A DNA stretch of 64,000 bases from positions 9,360 through 73,359 of the forward strand of contig JAZDNO010000023.1 of NCBI GenBank assembly GCA_043799545.1. Reading direction: 5' to 3'. The position numbers and the translations under genes were made by a program. This document shows, one piece after another, positions 48,853 to 59,003 of the stretch. Positions within the stretch are counted from its first letter, which is position 1. Every line of letters begins with the position of its first letter. The DNA comes from Methanobacteriota archaeon. GTDB lineage: Archaea > Thermoplasmatota > Thermoplasmata > SG8-5 > DAIRED01. The notes under the pieces are model-generated. The model did no database searches. It worked only from the letters and a program-made list of their open reading frames with translations, and had not been told where the DNA came from.

Positions 48853-50253
48853 ATGATGTCCGAGGACGATTTCAGCAACTGGTACAACGACCTTGTCGAG
48901 AGGGCCGGCCTGTGCGACAAGCGCTACCCGATAAAGGGCATGAACATCTGGACAGCCTACGGGTGGAAGGTCATGAGCCTCATCGATTCGTTCACGCGCG
49001 CGGAGATGGAACGAACTTCCCACGGGGAAGTCTGTTTCCCGCTTCTCATCCCCGCAGACCAGTTCGCCAGGGAAGAGAAGCACATCAAGGGTTTCGGCTC
49101 CGAGGTATACTGGGTCACGCACGCGGGGGACAACCCGCTCGACATCAAGCTCGTCGTTAGGCCGACGTCGGAGACGGCGATGTACCCTATTTTCTCGCTC
49201 TGGATAAGGGCGCACACCGACCTGCCGCTGAAAGTATACCAGGTCTGCAACGTCTTCCGCTACGAGACGAAGCAGACTCGGGCGTTCGTGCGGATGCGCG
49301 AGATTCACTTCTTCGAGGCGCACACATGCCACGCCGACTTCGAGGACGCCGAGCGCCAGATGGCCGAGGACATGGAGATAATGGACAACGTCTCGCGAGC
49401 CCTCTGCCTCCCGCACTTCAAGCACCGCCGCCCCGACTGGGACAAGTTCGCGGGCGCCTATTACTCCGTCGGTATAGACTGCCACATGCCCACGGGACGC
49501 ACGGTCCAGATTGGCGGCATCCACCAGTACCGCGACAACTTCGCCAAGGCGTACGACATCAAGTACGAGGCCGACAACGGGGAGCACAGGCACGTCCACC
49601 AGACGACCTACGGCATGAGCGAGCGCCTCGTCGGCGCAATCGTCGCGATTCACGGGGACGAACACGGGCTCAAGCTCCCGCCCGCGGTGGCTCCGATACA
49701 GGTGGTCATCGTCCCGATACTGTCGAAGGACGGAAAGGACGACGTGGCGGGCGAGAGCGCAAATGTGCGAGACGAGCTAGCAGCCGCCGGAATCCGCGTC
49801 CACCTCGACGACCGCGACCTGCGCCCCGGCAACAAGTATTTCGATTGGGAATTGAAGGGCGTCCCGCTTCGGTTGGAAATCGGGGGGCGCGACATCAAGA
49901 GCCAGTCCGTCCTATCGGTCAGGCGCGACACGCGCGAGAAGAGCCCGATTGCGAGGGGCGAGCTGGTTTCCGGCGTCCGAGCGAAGCTTGACGCAATCCA
50001 GAAGGCGATGTGGGACGACGCGTCGGCGAAGCTGGCGAGCGGAACGGTTGCAGTCACGTCGCTGGAGGGCGAGCAGCCCAAGGCGGTGCTGCGGATGGCC
50101 TGGTGCGGGGAAAACGCGTGCGGCCAGGAAATCGAGGCGAAGACGGGCCTGAACATCCTGGGCACGAGCTACCGGATAGAAGCCGGTTCAGGCCATTGCG
50201 TGAAATGCGGCGGGGCGGCGAAGATTTTCCTGTACGCGGCCAGGACATACTGA
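48853..50253 (+). CDS. proS: Proline--tRNA ligase, archaeal/eukaryotic type
   Basis: VRPTSET, FRYETKQTRAFVRMREIHFFEAHT, QTTYGMSER, WELKGVPLRLEIG, C-terminal Zn-binding Cys. Confidence 0.98.
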   Translation: MMSEDDFSNWYNDLVERAGLCDKRYPIKGMNIWTAYGWKVMSLIDSFTRAEMERTSHGEVCFPLLIPADQFAREEKHIKGFGSEVYWVTHAGDNPLDIKLVVRPTSETAMYPIFSLWIRAHTDLPLKVYQVCNVFRYETKQTRAFVRMREIHFFEAHTCHADFEDAERQMAEDMEIMDNVSRALCLPHFKHRRPDWDKFAGAYYSVGIDCHMPTGRTVQIGGIHQYRDNFAKAYDIKYEADNGEHRHVHQTTYGMSERLVGAIVAIHGDEHGLKLPPAVAPIQVVIVPILSKDGKDDVAGESANVRDELAAAGIRVHLDDRDLRPGNKYFDWELKGVPLRLEIGGRDIKSQSVLSVRRDTREKSPIARGELVSGVRAKLDAIQKAMWDDASAKLASGTVAVTSLEGEQPKAVLRMAWCGENACGQEIEAKTGLNILGTSYRIEAGSGHCVKCGGAAKIFLYAARTY

Positions 50254-50350
50254 AGTCGGAACGGGTCGAAAACAGATGATTGCATTATCGCAACATCCGC
50301 ACCATAATGTTTATATGCTTTTCTATGCATATATGCTTCAGGTGTAATCA

Positions 50351-53300
50351 ATGGCGGGATTGGAAGAGGGAGCGTGGGCTCGTCCGACAGCGGTTTCCAT
50401 CCTTGTCGCCGCAATGCTTTTCACGGCTCTGGCCGGTTTTGGGCCGGCAAAGAGCACATTGGCGTCGGCAGACCCCATTATGCCATTCGCGGCGGGCTCA
50501 TACGTGCCCGGGACCGATTGGGTCAAGTATGGTGTCGTGCTGGACATCGGCGCCCCGGGGCAGGAGTCTCACGTGCTGACACCGACCGTAATCAAGTTGA
50601 CGGACGGGTCGTATGCGATGTGGTACGAGGGCCGTGGTCTTGACGGGCACCAGCGGATTTACAAGGCAACTTCGAACGACGGGCTTTCATGGACCCTGCA
50701 CGGCGTTGCCATCGATTATGGCGAGCCATATGCCGAATTCGGAGTGATGTTTCCCTTTGTCATGGTCGATGATTCCGGGCTTTATCACATGTGGTACGCG
50801 GGATACAACGGTTATAAGCACACGAGGATACTCCAAGCGACATCTGTGGATGGTTGGAACTGGACAAAGCTTGGTCCTGAACTCTCCTCCGGTTCTGTCT
50901 ATGACCCGGACGGTGTCAGCAACCCACGGTTGCACTTCGACGGTACGCAATGGCACATGTGGTACAGCGGAAGCCAATGGAACCCACTTCGCATCTGGGT
51001 ATGCCATGCCCACAAGGCAGCATTGGCCGACCCATGGATTAAGGATGGAATTGTCCTTTACAACGACGCGGATTACGACAACAACGTTGCTTGGGCTCAG
51101 TACATCGTGCCCAACGATAATGGTTATGATATGTTCTATGGCGGAAGATCTCCTGACCAGTATCCGGGCAGGATTTGCCACGCTTCCTCGGCCGACGGTC
51201 TGAATTGGACCAAGACCGGCATAGCGCTCGACCGGACGCTGCCCGGTGAATCGGTCATGTGCGACTTCCCCTCGGTCCTAGTGGATGATGGCGTTTACAA
51301 GATGTGGTACACCGGATATGACGGCGTGCACGACAGGACTTTCTACGCCGAATCCGCCGCGCCAGTGCCCGTGGAGACGGTCGACCTTTCAATCTCGTCA
51401 AGCGACGTCGCAACGTCGAATGCGGCACCGGTTGAGGGCGACTCTGTAAATATCACCGCGACTGTCCACGGGGACGCGAGCACCGCGTCCGGATGGGAGA
51501 AGCGCGGTGTCGTGATGGACGTTGGCGGCGCATATCAGAACCTCCACGTGGACGTACCGTCGGTGCTCCGATTACCTAACGGGACGTACGCGATGTACTA
51601 CGTCGGCGAGGACACGCATCCCAACTGGCGCATATTCCGGGCGTTTTCATATGATGGCATCAACTGGACGAAGCAGGGAGTCGTGCTGAACTACGGCGGA
51701 GCCTACGCCGGGGTTGGAGTGTGCGACCCGTACGTGGTGCTGGATGCGTCTGGCAAATACCACATGTGGTATACGGGCTACAACGCCGAGGCGGGAGGTA
51801 ACAGGATGCGCATCCTATACGCAACCTCGACGACGGGATTCAATTTCCAGTACCAGAGGATGGAGGTCAACTACGGCGGCACAGACGGTCCTGACTCCGT
51901 CAGGTTCCCCTACGTCGTCCAGGATGATTCCGGACAGACGTTGTTCTACGACGGCGCCTCGTGGTACACGAACCCGCGCAGCTGGGTGAACCACGCGCAC
52001 TGCGCCACAGGGGCGGCCTCGTGGACGAAGGACGGCAAGGTCATCACATCCAGCGCTCCATTCGGAGATAACCAGGGAAGAGCCTGGGTCTTGGGGACTG
52101 AGGCCGGGTACGAGGCGTTCTACACGTGTTACGATGCCAGCGGAATCAGCAGGATTCTGCGCTCAACATCGCCAGACGGATACGCCTGGACCCTCGACGG
52201 GGTTGCCCTGGAACCAACCATCCCCGAGGAGGGCACGAACGTTCGCTGGTGCTCGGTCATCGCTGAGGGTGACGTCTACAAGATGTGGTATTCCGTGCCC
52301 GGTGTGCACGGGCGCATCTTCTACGCTGAGAAGGCGCCCGGCCACGTCGCCCAGGATGCGACATGTGACGTCTCGTTCTACATGGACACCGTCGATCCGA
52401 TGAACCTGATAGGTTCGGTGGAGGATGTCTTTGTGCCGGCCAACGGGCAGGCGCAGGCGAGCCTCGACTGGTCTGCGGTCGCGGGCGACCACGACATCAT
52501 CGTCGAAGTCGGCAGCGTAGTTCCCGCGGATTCCGACCTCTCGAACAACGTAGCCGTGGCCTCGATAACAGTAAGCGACCCGCCGAATCCCGCCACCGTC
52601 GATTTGGCAGTCTTCGACAACGAAATTTCCCTGCCCGAAGAGGCTGAGACCGGTGAAGTTGTGACCGTCGCAGCGACAATCCACAATCCATTATCGCTCG
52701 GAGCCGAATGGGTCAAGAAGGGCGTTGTCCTGAATCCCGACATCTCGGCCCAGTATCCTTGCGTCATCAAGGACGGTGCCGTTTACAAGATGTGGTACGC
52801 GGGCTTCGGCGCCCCCGACATCTACTACGCAACGTCAACTGACCGCGTGAATTGGACGAACTACGGAAGAGTGCTGATACATCCGTCCGGCACGACATAC
52901 GCCGCAGCGCCATCGGTCATGCGCGACAGCGACGGCACCTACAAGATGTGGTACTCGTGCCAGAACTACAATTGGAATTCCGAGATTTACTACGCAACAT
53001 CTCCCGACGGCATCACTTGGACCAAAGCGGGAAAGGTCCTGTCGATAGGCTCGGTTGGCAGCTTCGACTCGGTTTATGCTTGTCAAGGTTACGTTTTCAA
53101 GGAGTCTGGCCTCTATAAAATGTACTACAAGGCCTACGACGCCGGTTTGGTGAGCAGGATGGGCTATGCGACCTCGGCCGACGGCGTAGCGTGGGTCAAG
53201 CAGGGGTGTGTCATGGAATTGCCAGCTGGCTACACTGGCATGGAGTGCCCGATGGTCTTGCCAGACGGCGCCGGGTCGTACGACATGTGGTTCAACGCGG

Positions 53301-54364
53301 GCTCCTCCGGTACATGCCGGATATTATCCGCCCATTCCACCGACGGCATCACCTGGTCGCAGGGGGTGGTCGAACTCGAAGGCACGCCCGGAGATGCAGA
53401 CAGCGCGATGGTATACACGCCTTTCGTCATGCCAGACGGAGGCGACCTTTGCTTGTATTACTCCGGCAACGCCGCCGGGTCCGCAAGCTATATCTTCCTG
53501 GCGGAGAAGATTGCGTCCGGGTCCGACGCTACCTGCACGGTGTCGTTCTATCTCGACTGCGTCGACGAGGCGAACCTCATCTGCCGGGAAACCGAAGTAT
53601 TCGTCCCGATGGGCGGGCAAACGACTGTGGAGGCGGAGTGGAGCGCAAACCCTGCAGGCGAGCACGAGGTGATTGTTGCAGTCTCTGACGTGTCGCCGAC
53701 GGATTCCGACCTCACGAACAACGTGGCATCCGAGACGATAACTGTGGCCGAACCCGCTTCCCCTGCGGAGCTGGAGATTTCCAAGGTCATGCTCTCAGGC
53801 ATCACCGAGGGCTACACGTTTACGCACTATGAGTGGGAGCTTCTGATAACAGTTTCCAACGTCGGCGGTTCAGATGCTGAGGACATCGTGGTCAGGGACG
53901 TCCTTCCAGCAGAACTCGAGCTGCTGGAGATGCTGCCCTCTGATGGCACGGCGTGTTACCTGAACGAGGGAGATGCGATATTGCAGCTGAGATTGCCACC
54001 GATCATCATCCTCCCTGTCGTGAGGGCGACGCACATCACGTGGACAATCGCGGAAATGGCTCCGGGAGCGGAGGAAACACTATGCCTCAAGATATGCACG
54101 CGGGTCAACCCGGGGGGCAACCAGGAATTCACCTTCCCCGGCAACTACACCCTGAACGACGGTGCCTGGCTCTCGGCTACGGATACGTTGACGGGCGATG
54201 AAATATCCGCAGGTCCGACCCCCCCGATAACCGTCGAAATTTCTGGATTCATCCCGCAATGTCTGGAACCGAGAATCGATTTGGGAATCCGATACATCGC
54301 GAGGGACGAGTACCTCGCACGCCCGAACCCGTCGCCGGCGCGGCCAATCAGCAGAATTGTGTGA
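50351..54364 (+). CDS. Secreted protein with three five-bladed GH32/43/130-like propellers, two split CARDB domains and a DUF11-like C-domain
   Basis: 15 blades of W.K.G.V...P.V....Y.MWY.G..RI..A.S.DG; DL.I...V.I.ATVH and VSFY.D..H.I.V.V....DSD..NN halves; TTTATA promoter at ~50310. Confidence 0.85.
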   Translation: MAGLEEGAWARPTAVSILVAAMLFTALAGFGPAKSTLASADPIMPFAAGSYVPGTDWVKYGVVLDIGAPGQESHVLTPTVIKLTDGSYAMWYEGRGLDGHQRIYKATSNDGLSWTLHGVAIDYGEPYAEFGVMFPFVMVDDSGLYHMWYAGYNGYKHTRILQATSVDGWNWTKLGPELSSGSVYDPDGVSNPRLHFDGTQWHMWYSGSQWNPLRIWVCHAHKAALADPWIKDGIVLYNDADYDNNVAWAQYIVPNDNGYDMFYGGRSPDQYPGRICHASSADGLNWTKTGIALDRTLPGESVMCDFPSVLVDDGVYKMWYTGYDGVHDRTFYAESAAPVPVETVDLSISSSDVATSNAAPVEGDSVNITATVHGDASTASGWEKRGVVMDVGGAYQNLHVDVPSVLRLPNGTYAMYYVGEDTHPNWRIFRAFSYDGINWTKQGVVLNYGGAYAGVGVCDPYVVLDASGKYHMWYTGYNAEAGGNRMRILYATSTTGFNFQYQRMEVNYGGTDGPDSVRFPYVVQDDSGQTLFYDGASWYTNPRSWVNHAHCATGAASWTKDGKVITSSAPFGDNQGRAWVLGTEAGYEAFYTCYDASGISRILRSTSPDGYAWTLDGVALEPTIPEEGTNVRWCSVIAEGDVYKMWYSVPGVHGRIFYAEKAPGHVAQDATCDVSFYMDTVDPMNLIGSVEDVFVPANGQAQASLDWSAVAGDHDIIVEVGSVVPADSDLSNNVAVASITVSDPPNPATVDLAVFDNEISLPEEAETGEVVTVAATIHNPLSLGAEWVKKGVVLNPDISAQYPCVIKDGAVYKMWYAGFGAPDIYYATSTDRVNWTNYGRVLIHPSGTTYAAAPSVMRDSDGTYKMWYSCQNYNWNSEIYYATSPDGITWTKAGKVLSIGSVGSFDSVYACQGYVFKESGLYKMYYKAYDAGLVSRMGYATSADGVAWVKQGCVMELPAGYTGMECPMVLPDGAGSYDMWFNAGSSGTCRILSAHSTDGITWSQGVVELEGTPGDADSAMVYTPFVMPDGGDLCLYYSGNAAGSASYIFLAEKIASGSDATCTVSFYLDCVDEANLICRETEVFVPMGGQTTVEAEWSANPAGEHEVIVAVSDVSPTDSDLTNNVASETITVAEPASPAELEISKVMLSGITEGYTFTHYEWELLITVSNVGGSDAEDIVVRDVLPAELELLEMLPSDGTACYLNEGDAILQLRLPPIIILPVVRATHITWTIAEMAPGAEETLCLKICTRVNPGGNQEFTFPGNYTLNDGAWLSATDTLTGDEISAGPTPPITVEISGFIPQCLEPRIDLGIRYIARDEYLARPNPSPARPISRIV

Positions 54365-54395
54365 TGCGGAGAAAGAAACTGTTGCATCTGCCAGA

Positions 54396-54617
54396 CTACT
54401 TTATTTCCAGCTTGCCGCCGTAGAGGTATACCCCGACGAGACCGGTCCCAACCATCACCATGAAGAAGGAGTAGATGGCGATGTTATCTATGTCGAAGAT
54501 GTTCCAGGCGCCGTAGAGCATGCCCCACGCGGCGTAGAGCGTGATGCCGCCCACCAGCACAAGGCCGTAGAAGAGAGCGGTCAGCCTTCGCGACGAATCC
54601 TTGGATTCCTCGATCAT
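54396..54617 (-). CDS. Small two-TM membrane protein
   Basis: MIEESK start followed by two hydrophobic segments; directly downstream of leuS. Confidence 0.65.
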   Translation of the reverse strand: MIEESKDSSRRLTALFYGLVLVGGITLYAAWGMLYGAWNIFDIDNIAIYSFFMVMVGTGLVGVYLYGGKLEIK

Positions 54618-54716
54618 CGTCCCGGCTAAAGTCCTTCTTTTATTTAACGTTGACGCATTGGCCAAGCGCGGCCGCTCTGCGCGATGGCAGCGCTGGAACC
54701 GATTCGTTACGCATCG

Positions 54717-57566
54717 TCAACGAGCGTAAATCGCGGGCCTTCCCGGAGCAGCCTGGCGCGCCTTCTTGAAAGGGTCGTCGACCCCCTGCTCGCACGCAAC
54801 GTGGACCGAGACGTCGCAGCCCAGCTCCGCGGCCAGGAACGGGGCGCAGGTCCTGAGGAACGCCTCCTCTCCGTCCAGCAGCGCCCTCGGCGCCCCACCC
54901 TGCATCTCCTTGGCGAGCTTCGCGGCAAAAGCGGAAGCCTCCTTTGCATGCTGCTTCACAGAGGGGTCGGACATCGCCTCCTTCATCAGCGCGTTCATCT
55001 GCAGCTGGCCGGCCTCCTTCAGGCGCGACGCCATCGCATGCATCGCGGCCTTCCAGGGCTCCGCCGTGAAAAGGACCAGCTTCTCCGGCTTCTTGCCGGT
55101 CACCTTCTCGATTTCGGCGATATCGCCCATGAGTCTTTCCAGGTATTCCTCTCTGGCGATTGAAACCGCATGCTCATTCTTCGGCGATGGCTTCGGGAAT
55201 CCGGCCAAGGAGACCAGGCCGTTGCCGCCGAGGCGCTCCCACATCTCCTCCGCGACGTGCGGCGCGAACGGGGACATCAATCGCACCCAGGCCGACAGCG
55301 CCTCGGCCACAGCCGCGCGCGAGGCACCGCCCCTCCGCCTGCACCAGCGCAGGTCGTTCGGCAGCTCGAAGAAAGCGCAGTTCGCGGCGTCCCGCAGGTC
55401 GAAGGCGTCCATCGCCCTCGCGTACCGCGCAGCGTACATCGAAACCCTCGCTTCGAGCCAGGCGTCCATCTCCGTGGGCGAGTCGCGCCCGCCGGAGCGC
55501 ATCTCCTCGAACTGGCCAAAGATGCGTTCGAGGCGCTGCCTGTACCCAGCGACGGTCTCCTCGTCCCATTCGACGTCGACGAACGGGTTGGCCACGTGGC
55601 CGTAGTAGAACCTCATGCCGTCCACGGAGAAGCGGGCCACGGCGTCTGGAATGGGCTCCGCGCCGCCCTTCGATTTTGAAACCTTTCCGCCCTTCATCGT
55701 TATGAACCAGTTGACAAGAATCCCGTGCGGCCAGAACCTCTCGGGGAGTAACGCCACGTGGTTCATCAGGAATACCGGGAAGTGCACGGTCATGTGCTCC
55801 TTTCCCCCGAGGTTGACGTCCAGCGGGTACCAGTACTCGAAGTCGGCGCGAACCCTCTTCGCTATCTCCGGAACCTTGCCGGTGTCCTGGCCCAGGAAAA
55901 CGAAGTCGAAGAAGGCCTCGTCCATCTGCTCCGGCCTCAGCTCGCCGGAGTTGACGTATTTCGACACGACGTAGTACGCTGGGTACAGGGTCGAGTCCGA
56001 TATAGCCTCGACGGTCCACCCCTTGTCCTGCGGCAGCGGCGTCCCGAGCCAGTTCCCCTGCCTTGCGCACGCCCTCTCCTGGAACCAGTCCAGGACTGCG
56101 GGGAGGTTGTTGAAGTACTCCCTAGGGAGGACGGTCATCGTCCCGGCCTGGCGTTTCGAGTCCGAGGTCAGCGCAGCGTCGGCGTAGTTGATGAACCACT
56201 GGTCGGGAATCTTCTTTATCACGACCTTTCCGCCGCAGCGGCAGACTACCTCCTCCGAGAGGCCGTAGAACGTGGACGCTTCGCCCGCCGCAACCATCGC
56301 ATCGCGCATCTTGTCCTTCGCGGTTCCGACTGGCAGGCCTGCGAAATCGCTGCAGACATCAGCCATCACGCCCGTGTGGAACCCGGCCTTGTAAATCTCC
56401 TTCGTGGCTTCCTCCAGCTTCGGGTCGTCAACCGAGGTTATGCCCAGCCTCTCGCATATCTCCTTCGCAGGCAGCTCTCCGTAACCCTTGGTCTTGATGA
56501 TTGGAATGGGCTTTATGGCCCGGACCATCTCGCAATCGATGCCGAATTTCTTGCAAGCGTCAGCATCCTTTTTCAATTCTTCCAGCGCAATCCAGTCGAA
56601 CGGCGCGTCCGACGGAACGCTCGTCACAAGCCCGCTCCCCACGTCCGGGTCGCAGAAGCTCGAAGGCAGAATCGGAATCTCCCTTCCAATCATCGGGGCC
56701 TGGCATCTTTTTCCTAGCAGCTCGCTCCCGGGGATTTCTCCGACGATCTTTACAGAGTCCTTCTGGAAGACGAGCTTGTCCGCGCACTCCCTGCTGATTA
56801 TCCAGCGCTCGCCGTCCACCTCGGCGCGCACGTAAGTCACTTCGGGGTTCGCCCAGAAGTTCGTCTGGCCGAAAACCGTTTCCGGCCTCAGCGTGGCCGC
56901 GATGAGGAATTCGTTTCCGAATCCGAACTTCAACAGCGTGTACTCCTGCTTCTCGGCCGCTCCGCCCTTCCTGATGTCCGTCTCCGACGCGTCCACCGCA
57001 ACCGGCCCGCAGTTGACGCACGCCGTTCCGAAGTAGGGCTTCTGGATGAGCAGCCCGCGCTGGTCGAGCTTCAGGAACTGCCACGAGATGAATCTCATAT
57101 AGCCTGGGTCCATGGTCGTCGCGAACCTGCGGAAGTCGGCGGAGAATCCGAAGCGCTTCCAGTAGTCGTCCACGTATACCCGCGAGAAGAACCTCACTAT
57201 TTCCAGCGGGTCCGAGAGCTTCTTAATCTGCTCCTCGGGGCAGCCGTTCGCTCGGAAGTATTCCAGGGTCTCCGGGTCGCCGCGCTCCACCTTCCTCGCG
57301 GGGGTAATGGAGACGTTGCCTGTGGCGTGCACGCCCACCGGGAAAAGGACGTTGCAGCCCCTCATGCGCATGTGGCGCGCCAGGATGTCCGCGTAGGTGT
57401 ACGCGCGCATGTGACCGACGTGCAGGTAGCCGCTCGTTCCGGGGTACGCGAAGATGATGAAGTATTTCCCCTGGCCTTCCTTCGGCTCCGAATCGAACAC
57501 CCGCCCGTCGTACCAGCGCTTCTGCCACTTGCGTTCCATCCCGCCGAAGTCCAACGCCTGCTCCAT
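54717..57566 (-). CDS. leuS: Leucine--tRNA ligase, archaeal type
   Basis: FAYPGTSGYLHVGH (HIGH), ATLRPET, SVPSDAPFD, SDSTLYPAYY, GKEH, KVSKSKG. Confidence 0.98.
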   Translation of the reverse strand: MEQALDFGGMERKWQKRWYDGRVFDSEPKEGQGKYFIIFAYPGTSGYLHVGHMRAYTYADILARHMRMRGCNVLFPVGVHATGNVSITPARKVERGDPETLEYFRANGCPEEQIKKLSDPLEIVRFFSRVYVDDYWKRFGFSADFRRFATTMDPGYMRFISWQFLKLDQRGLLIQKPYFGTACVNCGPVAVDASETDIRKGGAAEKQEYTLLKFGFGNEFLIAATLRPETVFGQTNFWANPEVTYVRAEVDGERWIISRECADKLVFQKDSVKIVGEIPGSELLGKRCQAPMIGREIPILPSSFCDPDVGSGLVTSVPSDAPFDWIALEELKKDADACKKFGIDCEMVRAIKPIPIIKTKGYGELPAKEICERLGITSVDDPKLEEATKEIYKAGFHTGVMADVCSDFAGLPVGTAKDKMRDAMVAAGEASTFYGLSEEVVCRCGGKVVIKKIPDQWFINYADAALTSDSKRQAGTMTVLPREYFNNLPAVLDWFQERACARQGNWLGTPLPQDKGWTVEAISDSTLYPAYYVVSKYVNSGELRPEQMDEAFFDFVFLGQDTGKVPEIAKRVRADFEYWYPLDVNLGGKEHMTVHFPVFLMNHVALLPERFWPHGILVNWFITMKGGKVSKSKGGAEPIPDAVARFSVDGMRFYYGHVANPFVDVEWDEETVAGYRQRLERIFGQFEEMRSGGRDSPTEMDAWLEARVSMYAARYARAMDAFDLRDAANCAFFELPNDLRWCRRRGGASRAAVAEALSAWVRLMSPFAPHVAEEMWERLGGNGLVSLAGFPKPSPKNEHAVSIAREEYLERLMGDIAEIEKVTGKKPEKLVLFTAEPWKAAMHAMASRLKEAGQLQMNALMKEAMSDPSVKQHAKEASAFAAKLAKEMQGGAPRALLDGEEAFLRTCAPFLAAELGCDVSVHVACEQGVDDPFKKARQAAPGRPAIYAR

Positions 57567-57614
57567 GGTTTCGGGGAAGGAGTGGATGTTCTATATCTTT
57601 TCGTTAGATAATCA

Positions 57615-57622
57615 TTTATATA
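57615..57622. promoter_or_regulatory. TATA element in the divergent leuS / kaiC-like intergenic region
   Basis: TTTATATA between starts 57566 (-) and 57646 (+). Confidence 0.5.
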
Positions 57623-57645
57623 GATATGCCATACATCTGAGCGGT

Positions 57646-58422
57646 ATGAGTGCGAAGCCTATTCTGCGTGACACGGAGGACCGGGAGCGGTGCGCGACGG
57701 GCATCGACGGATTGGACAACATACTGAACGGCGGCATCCCCCGGGGCAACACCATCCTCCTGACCGGAAGCTGCGGCACTGGTAAGACCTCGGTCTCCCT
57801 GGAATTCCTCATCCACGGCTCGATAGGGGGCGAGAACTGCCTATTCCTCTCCGTGACGGAAAACTCGGCCAAGCTTCTGAAGAACATCATACCCTACGAG
57901 TTCTTCGACGAGTCCCTGATAAAGAAGGGGAAGCTCATCTTCGTGGACATGCCGGTCATCTACCAGAAGCTCGGGCTGCAGAGCATCGAGTTCAACATCG
58001 AGGACGTCGACATCCTCGTGAAGGCGATAGGCAACATCGTCACGGAGCTGGACATCAAGCGCTTGGTCATCGACTCCATCACGTCCGTCTGCTACAGGCT
58101 GAGGACGGAGGAGAAGATTCGCGAGTTCATCCTCAGGCTCGGAAAGATTCTTTCCGAGCAGAACTGCACGACGATACTGGTGTCGGAGATTTCACCCACT
58201 GCGGAGCGGTACTCATTATACGGCGTCGAGGAGGCCATCGCTGACGGAATCGTCGTCATGGGCAACCTCGAGAGGCGCGGCGACCTGCTCAGGACCATCC
58301 AGGTCGTCAAGATGCGCGGGACGCAGCATTCGAGGACCAAATACGTTCTGGACCTGACGCCGTGCGGCGTGCTGCTGGTGCCGATGCTGAAGGGCGGGAG
58401 CGTTTCGGGAGGGGGTGCCTGA
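57646..58422 (+). CDS. KaiC/RAD55-family ATPase with intact motifs
   Basis: ATGIDGLDNILNGGIP, Walker A GSCGTGKT, RLVIDSI, VEEAIADG, VVKMRGT. The longer track ORF overlaps leuS, so the start was moved to 57646. Confidence 0.93.
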   Translation: MSAKPILRDTEDRERCATGIDGLDNILNGGIPRGNTILLTGSCGTGKTSVSLEFLIHGSIGGENCLFLSVTENSAKLLKNIIPYEFFDESLIKKGKLIFVDMPVIYQKLGLQSIEFNIEDVDILVKAIGNIVTELDIKRLVIDSITSVCYRLRTEEKIREFILRLGKILSEQNCTTILVSEISPTAERYSLYGVEEAIADGIVVMGNLERRGDLLRTIQVVKMRGTQHSRTKYVLDLTPCGVLLVPMLKGGSVSGGGA

Positions 58423-59000
58423 TGCCGATGACCCCCGCGGAGCTGGCGGAGAAGCTGGGCGAGCTGCCCCCTTCGTCTGCGGTGTCCCTGAGGTTCAAGG
58501 CCGAGGGCTACTTCGACGCCATCAGGAGCATCGTCGACATCTTCGGGCCGAAGAACGACCTCAACGTGATATACATCACCTCCGCCATGCCGTCCCACTC
58601 GATGATTGAAGTCTTGGAGATGCTCGAAATCGACATGAAGCGCATCTACTTCGTGGACTGCATCTCGCACATCATGATGGGCGCCCAGATGAAGCACGAG
58701 AACGTCATCTTCGTCGAGAGCCCGACGATGCTGGAGAACATCATGCTGAAGGTCGAGTACCTGATGCGCAAGACGAAGGAGAAGAAGTGCGTCATCCTGC
58801 TCGATTCCATCAACTCTCTGGCAATCCACAACAACCCCAAAATACTGAGCGAGTTCCTGCACATCTTCGTCAACAACTTCCGCTCGAAAGGCGCGTACAC
58901 GATAGTCTTCGCGATGGACGAATACTCCTCTGAGGAGATACTGAACATCCTCTACATGGTGATTGAGAACTCGATATCCGTTTCGGACCAGGAGGGCTGA
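58422..59000 (+). CDS. Degenerate RecA-like/KaiC-associated protein
   Basis: VIYIT, IYFVDCIS, ILLDSINSL; no Walker A. TGATG coupling to the upstream gene. Confidence 0.75.
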   Translation: MPMTPAELAEKLGELPPSSAVSLRFKAEGYFDAIRSIVDIFGPKNDLNVIYITSAMPSHSMIEVLEMLEIDMKRIYFVDCISHIMMGAQMKHENVIFVESPTMLENIMLKVEYLMRKTKEKKCVILLDSINSLAIHNNPKILSEFLHIFVNNFRSKGAYTIVFAMDEYSSEEILNILYMVIENSISVSDQEG

Positions 59001-59003
59001 GCC

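Noticed and set aside
50327-50336. Palindrome GCATATATGC (and CATATATATG at 60488-60497) as operator sites
   Set aside because: AT-alternating cores are explained by TATA-like elements and are too short to support on their own.
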